Source: Candidatus Latescibacterota bacterium (GTDB lineage: Bacteria; Latescibacterota; UBA2968). Taken from it: a DNA stretch of 64,000 nt. The stretch covers positions 2,464,001-2,528,000 of the forward strand of contig OZ220741.1 in assembly GCA_965116885.1 (NCBI GenBank), read 5' to 3'. Shown here one piece after another: positions 59,701-64,000 of the stretch (within the stretch, counting starts at the first letter, position 1; the number at the start of each line of letters is the position of its first letter). The notes beneath the pieces were generated by a model. That model ran no database searches. It had not been told where the DNA came from and saw only the letters and a program-made list of their open reading frames with translations. Made by a program: the position numbers and the translations under genes.

Positions 59701-60004
59701 CAGATACCGAAAACAGGGACTTATTCGCCGCGATGCCATTATCCGCGGTGGGCAAGATCGCCTGCGTCCGATTATGATGACTGCCACTACTACTATCATT
59801 GGTCTGATGCCACTTGTCATTCCGATGCTTTTTGGCCATGCCGAAGGCACAGCCCGCCGCTGGGGTCCCATCGGTCTGGTCGTTGTATCGGGATTGTCTA
59901 TTTCAACCATTCTGACGCTTGTTCTCCTGCCTACGATGTATTCCCTGATGGATGACCTCTCCCAATTTGCCAGGCGCGTTGTCGCGGTGGCGCGTGCGCG
60001 ATAG
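56735..60004 (+). CDS. AcrB/AcrD/AcrF-family RND permease
   Basis: SPEEIERFITRPIEE, AIPIS, LNLISMMGL, GIVVNNGIVLVD, RLRPIMMT. Confidence 0.93.
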   Translation: MKLSRFAIFKPISTIMIALSLVVMGFISLFKLPLEYLPSVTFPVLFVSIRYPSSSPEEIERFITRPIEEILGTMPGIESMGSTSNESSSTIRLEFAMDADMDLVGIHLRDRLDQVRADLPDDVDYIGIKSFDTEDIPALEYTVSWLGEDPEDLFVVYNQRLLPRLQRLDGVASVELRGLQQKDLLVEVNQSAMTAHKLDFRTINRALRRNNINISAGYVTDGDRRFAVRSVGEFETVDQIRNLPIRASLTLADVASVTYDYPPARRFDRLDGIPSLYLSVHKSSTANMVDVCKRAREELVRINEEVGKDNLRMLLVRDQSTAVIASITSLSQSAIMGGLLAVIAIFIFLRNFRSTLIIGSAIPISALTVFLMMYFLRQWGTDITLNLISMMGLMVAIGMLVDPAVVALENIFRKCFDEGQSATQAALEGSEEIGLPVLAATLTTVCVFVPVIFVTDSSTSLFMRQFSVTVVVSVIASFCVALSLIPLAASHAFNEGGKTLDRILKSILVLAISVGVGAYVYYTDFSKIDYAGLWDAISSTIAALPLFAKIGFPTIIALTLFLYFRYRAIGARALYARVVANTLHYRWATLSVACVLLFLGNHIYGKIEQAPFRYQPTRAIRLTVEMPRTYDLEQASNTFKIAEDILIPLKEELDIEAIATKFNTGNRQGKRNALLTIYLTPAEESKLTTDEVQHRIIALLPKDIPGVRFRSRGGKSGGTAGVGVELKGRKQEILEVLAEDIEMSMQGMPGVHEIETSLETGMEEIRVVVNRERAQRYGISPRDIATNIASALGSRGASHFKTPEGEIDITVQLREEDRATLEQIKTTEFESDKGGMVTFSSLADFNLIQGPNAISREDRMPTLTVFANTEQKAVFSVGQIMKARMEDVPLPKGYTYQMDRRFKSMDAEQDQDFETMIFALILIYIIMASLFESYVHPLTIMFCIFFAFIGVALGLYTFKIAMDSNAKYGLLVLFGIVVNNGIVLVDHINRYRKQGLIRRDAIIRGGQDRLRPIMMTATTTIIGLMPLVIPMLFGHAEGTARRWGPIGLVVVSGLSISTILTLVLLPTMYSLMDDLSQFARRVVAVARAR

Positions 60005-60012
60005 GATCGCGG

Positions 60013-61992
60013 ATGATAAAAGTGACTTCGAAGAGCACTGTTCTATCAAAAGTGACGCGGCGGTCGCTTGTAATCGGTCTGGTCATGGCGGCATGGGTCA
60101 ATTTTTGGCCCGTGTACGCGAGTCTGGTGCTGCATTCCACGCGCGCTGACCACGCGCATTTGTCCGTGGCTCTGCTCATTCCGTATTTGTTTTTGCTGGT
60201 GGGCAATCTGTTTCTGGGACGGCGCAGTTTGTCGCCATCTGAGTTGCTGGTCGTGTGTTGCATAGGGATAGTGGCTGCGTGTATGCAGGGGGAGTGGTTG
60301 TCGAATTATTTTCTCGAAGCGCTTACTATGCCGCACTATTTTGCGTCGGCAGAGAATCGGTGGGGCGAGTTGTTGTTGCCTCATTTGCCGGGGTGGGCTG
60401 TGGTAAATGATCGCACGGCTGTGACGCATTTTTATGAGGGTCTCCCGCCCGGGGAAGGGTTTCCGTGGCGTTTGTGGATTGCCCCGCTGTTCTGGTGGGG
60501 CACTTTTTTGGGTGCTATACTGGGTGTTAATCTCTGTTTGAGCGTGATTTTGCGAAAGCAGTGGATGGCACACGAGCGGTTGGCTTTTCCCGTGGCACGC
60601 GCGCTTTTGGAACTGACGGGTGTTTCTGGGACGCGCGGTACGCTTTCCTCTCTGGTGCGGTCGCGTTTTTTTCTGGTGGGGTTTGCGGTCACCTTTCTGC
60701 TTATTTGCTGGTTTATGCTCACCTGGTTTTATGTGGCTGTGCCGCCGCCACCCATTTTGAGTGGAAATTTTGCGTCTAAATTGTTGCCACTTGCGCGGGG
60801 TTTTCCGCCTTTTCAGTTGCGGTTCAGTATTTTGACACTGGTGTTTGGCTATTTCACAAATCTGGAAGTGCTGTTTTCAATCTGGTTTTTTCACTTGCTG
60901 GCTATTGTGCAGGCGGGGGTGTTTAATCGCTTTGGTCTGGAAGTGGGGAGTGTGGATCCGTGGGGGTCTTTTCACGCGGCGGTGGGGTGGCAGAGTTTTG
61001 GGGGGATGATCGTCTTTGTGGGCTGGGGCATGTGGATTGCGCGGTCGCATTTGCGGGATGTTTTTCGCAAAGCGTTCTGGGGCGATGATCGCGTGGATGA
61101 TACAGGGGAATTGATGTCTTATCGAACCTCTGTGTGGATGATGCTGGGCTGTTCTGTATATCTTTTGTTGTGGTTGAAAAGCGCGGGTATGGCCTGGGGA
61201 CCCATTTTGGCATTTTATTTTGCCACGCTGGTTTTGTATTTGGGATTGGCGCGGATTATGGTGGAGAGCGGGCTTATATTTTTGCGCGGGCCGATCACGG
61301 CACAGGCTTTTACCTGGCATTTGTTCGGCGTTTTGGGCATGGGGCCGGGCAGTGCGGTGATTTTGACGCTGACCAATGCGTTTGCCTGCGATGCCAAGAC
61401 GTTTGCGATGACGCCTATGGCGCATGTGCCCAGGTTGGGGATGGCGATAAATCGCAGGTTGCGCAAAGTGCTCGCGCCGGGCGTGATGTTGGGGGCGTTG
61501 ATTGGGGCTGTGACGGCGGTGGGGTTTATTTTGTATTACGGCTATTTCGTGATGGGGAGTTACAACTTTGGGACTGTGAGTTTTCGGGGGATTGGGGCGC
61601 TGAATCTGGCGGGATTTAACCAACTCGCTGTGGGGCGCATTCAAGCCGGGACTATGGGTACGAGTTGGGATCGCATCGGTTTTTTGGGGATTGGTGCCGC
61701 ATTTACGGGTTTGTTGTTTTTCTTGCGGTATCGGTTTCCGGGTTTTCCGCTTCATCCGATTGGATTTACGATTTCAGCTTCTGCACCGCTTCGCAATACG
61801 ACACTGACGATTTTTCTTGTTTGGGCTTTGAAGACGATTGTGTTGCGGCTTGGCGGATTGGAGCGCTATCGCAAGTTGACACCGCTTTTTCTGGGGATGA
61901 TGGTTGCTTATATGGCGGGCACGGCAATCGGTGTTGTTGTGGATTGGATCTGGTTCCGCGGACAGGGGCATATGATCCATGTCGCGTGGTGA
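60013..61992 (+). CDS. DUF6785/DUF6784-like polytopic membrane protein (putative transporter)
   Basis: LSPSELLVV, RKQWMAHERLAFP, SIWFF, FPLHPIG, PLFLG. Confidence 0.75.
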   Translation: MIKVTSKSTVLSKVTRRSLVIGLVMAAWVNFWPVYASLVLHSTRADHAHLSVALLIPYLFLLVGNLFLGRRSLSPSELLVVCCIGIVAACMQGEWLSNYFLEALTMPHYFASAENRWGELLLPHLPGWAVVNDRTAVTHFYEGLPPGEGFPWRLWIAPLFWWGTFLGAILGVNLCLSVILRKQWMAHERLAFPVARALLELTGVSGTRGTLSSLVRSRFFLVGFAVTFLLICWFMLTWFYVAVPPPPILSGNFASKLLPLARGFPPFQLRFSILTLVFGYFTNLEVLFSIWFFHLLAIVQAGVFNRFGLEVGSVDPWGSFHAAVGWQSFGGMIVFVGWGMWIARSHLRDVFRKAFWGDDRVDDTGELMSYRTSVWMMLGCSVYLLLWLKSAGMAWGPILAFYFATLVLYLGLARIMVESGLIFLRGPITAQAFTWHLFGVLGMGPGSAVILTLTNAFACDAKTFAMTPMAHVPRLGMAINRRLRKVLAPGVMLGALIGAVTAVGFILYYGYFVMGSYNFGTVSFRGIGALNLAGFNQLAVGRIQAGTMGTSWDRIGFLGIGAAFTGLLFFLRYRFPGFPLHPIGFTISASAPLRNTTLTIFLVWALKTIVLRLGGLERYRKLTPLFLGMMVAYMAGTAIGVVVDWIWFRGQGHMIHVAW

Positions 61993-61998
61993 GTGGGC

Positions 61999-62958
61999 CT
62001 ACTTTGCTCTTATCTGTCGGTACAGATTGGGGATTGTCTCCCGGTGGTCACCCTGAATATAATAGCTTTCGCCGCCGTCGCGCACTGTGCGAACGAGGAT
62101 GGTTTTGAAGGGACGGTAGTAGTAGCGGGGGTCGGTTTTGGGAGCTTCGGTGTCGAGGTCGTCGCCGAGGGGGATGAGGTCGAAGACTGCTGTGGTAAAT
62201 TTGGCGATGCTGCGACTTTCCTGGCGGGCGACATTGCGGGCCATGGCGAGGGCTTTGAGATAGACTTCGGGGCCCATGATGGCCGTGCCGATGTTGAGGA
62301 GGACGCCGCCTTCGAGGTGGGAGATGGATTCTGTGAAGATTAAGAAGTCGGTGTAGGTGCTTGCGCCAATTGCGGCACCGTCGCAGTTGGGGTGTTCGTG
62401 GACGATGTCATAACCGATGCTGACGTGTGTGGTGATGGGGATGTTGAGTCGGACTGCAGCGGCAAAAATGCTGATGTCTTTGTGTGGGTAATTGCTTTCG
62501 AGGATGTCGCGTCCGACCGCTTCGCCCAGTCCAATGCCTTTTTGCGCCGCTGTTTGGGCAATGAGGTTGAGGTCGCCGGTTTCGGTCCACAGTCCAAATT
62601 CTCCGGTGCGGATATATTTGCCCACGCTTTCGGTGGTTGCGCCGATGCGGGCAAATTCGTAGTCGTGTATGGCACAGGCGCCATTGCCCGCAATATGGGT
62701 GATGAGGCCGCGTTCCATCAGGTCGATGAGATAGCGCGCGGTGCCAGCGCGAATGACGTGTGCGCCGATCATGAAGATGACCGCGCGATTGTTTTGTCTG
62801 GCGCGTACTATTCGATCAGCGACAATGGGTAGGTTGGGGTTGTCGAAAGGTGGGATCGGCGCGTTGAGGGCGGGGATTTGATCGACTGTGAGGTCGTGTT
62901 CCCGCTGGTTGAGCGGGCGGAGTTTGAGTTTGGAGCGGTCGAAGGTTTTGTAGGGCAT
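61999..62958 (-). CDS. Deoxyhypusine-synthase-like fold protein
   Basis: MIGAHVIRAG, NGACAIHDYE, IGYDIVHEHP, GTAIMGPEVYLKAL, GDHRETIP. Confidence 0.7.
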   Translation of the reverse strand: MPYKTFDRSKLKLRPLNQREHDLTVDQIPALNAPIPPFDNPNLPIVADRIVRARQNNRAVIFMIGAHVIRAGTARYLIDLMERGLITHIAGNGACAIHDYEFARIGATTESVGKYIRTGEFGLWTETGDLNLIAQTAAQKGIGLGEAVGRDILESNYPHKDISIFAAAVRLNIPITTHVSIGYDIVHEHPNCDGAAIGASTYTDFLIFTESISHLEGGVLLNIGTAIMGPEVYLKALAMARNVARQESRSIAKFTTAVFDLIPLGDDLDTEAPKTDPRYYYRPFKTILVRTVRDGGESYYIQGDHRETIPNLYRQIRAK

Positions 62959-62969
62959 GTTAGGGATTT

Positions 62970-63692
62970 TTAGATGTATTGGTATTCTTTCATCGCGGGA
63001 TGCAAAAACTCAAAGTCATGGACGCCATCATCGGTTTTCCATCTGCCCACGGAATCGGGGCGTACGATTACTTTGCCCAATGGAAATCCGAGGAATGCCT
63101 CTAACCGAGCAAATGTCTCATCCTGATTTAATATCGCATCCTCAAATCGCACGGTGATACAGTGTTTGGGCACGGGCGTGGATTTCATGATTTCGTACTG
63201 ATACAACCAGGAAATCGCCCGTCGCTCGCGTATGTCATCTGTTTGCGGATATTGAATGTCGAAGTCGCGCAGATCATCTGTTTTGTGCCCACTCAAAATA
63301 CAATCGCGCGGGTCGCGCACCCAGTGAATATATTTGGCATCGGGAAACATGCGCACGATCCACGGATAGACCAGTGTGGTTTCGGGCAATTTCCATCCGT
63401 AGTTCTCATACCGGCTTCTGGGGGGCAGCACGTCTTGCAAATAGGTTTCGACGAGGTGGATAAATTCGGGATCGATGTCCATGGTGTGCAGGTCATCAAA
63501 ATCCCACGATAGATCGCCATTCCATTTCACGTATTTTGCCATTACGCGGCACGCATCGTACAGCGCCTGGGGAGGCATTTTATCGCCCGATGCATTGATC
63601 AAGCGTCCCATGTACATACCGCTGGCATAGAGCGTGTGCGAGATCAATCGCGTGCCCGAATGCCCACGTCCGATAACCGTGACTAACGACAA
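62970..63692 (-). CDS. Sulfotransferase family protein
   Basis: GRGHSGTR (5'-PSB), GWKLP, VRDPRDCILS (3'-PB), VRFED, SVGRWK. Confidence 0.88.
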   Translation of the reverse strand: MSLVTVIGRGHSGTRLISHTLYASGMYMGRLINASGDKMPPQALYDACRVMAKYVKWNGDLSWDFDDLHTMDIDPEFIHLVETYLQDVLPPRSRYENYGWKLPETTLVYPWIVRMFPDAKYIHWVRDPRDCILSGHKTDDLRDFDIQYPQTDDIRERRAISWLYQYEIMKSTPVPKHCITVRFEDAILNQDETFARLEAFLGFPLGKVIVRPDSVGRWKTDDGVHDFEFLHPAMKEYQYI

Positions 63693-63704
63693 GGTTCTAC
63701 CTCC

Positions 63705-64000
63705 TTATAGTTTTTCTTCAAACTCGTTTTTTATGCGAATTTTGTCGGCTGCATTTCCAAAGCCCAGGCTGAACCATCCGTCATAGCCCATGGCATTTAA
63801 GCGTTTGAAAAGCGCGTCAAAGTCGATTGTTCCTTCCCCTGGTACCAGGTGTATTTCATAATCGCCATTGTTATCATTGATGCGTACCTGGCCGATGTTA
63901 TCTACGCCAAAGGTATCGAGAAATCCACCCCAGCCCTCGGGTACGAGATGTCCGTGCGCGACGTTAAAAGCCCACTTGAAGTGATCGGATTGAATGGCGT
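63705..64000 (-). CDS. Sugar-phosphate isomerase/epimerase, C-terminal part (partial)
   Basis: Hand translation FNVAHGHLV..VRINDNNGDYEIHLVPGEGTIDF..GYDGWFSL..EEKL*. Confidence 0.8.
   Translation of the reverse strand, partial: AIQSDHFKWAFNVAHGHLVPEGWGGFLDTFGVDNIGQVRINDNNGDYEIHLVPGEGTIDFDALFKRLNAMGYDGWFSLGFGNAADKIRIKNEFEEKL

Overview
Gene-dense bacterial chromosomal region with no rRNA, tRNA, CRISPR array, integrase or intact transposase detected. Cys-type sulfatases, a DUF6785-like membrane protein, a dockerin/EF-hand-like YVTN propeller and many TPR proteins suggest a Latescibacterota/Poribacteria-like diderm (inference only). Main finding: an ~11-kb minus-strand PspA (bacterial ESCRT-III) operon behind a clear sigma-54 promoter with PspF-type enhancer boxes. 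It encodes PspA, a membrane-anchored winged-helix protein reminiscent of ESCRT-II, three PspB-like paralogues, an unannotated 56-aa membrane protein, an ECF sigma, NfeD, flotillin, a soluble TPR histidine kinase, a receiver-fused PspF-like activator lacking the PspA-docking Trp, a membrane PP2C and thiI. Second candidate system: an ECF sigma/anti-sigma/exported caspase-barrel/DUF4252-barrel operon. Other findings: a promoter-uORF (PPP motif)-terminator leader before guaB, a sigma-54 promoter before comM/yifB, a toxin gene collapsed to 13 codons, a DUF1445 gene inserted with duplication of a sulfatase 3' end, a peptidase split at A-AAA-AAA, and an orphan RND permease with an altered proton relay. 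All family calls come from motif recognition by eye; no database searches were run.
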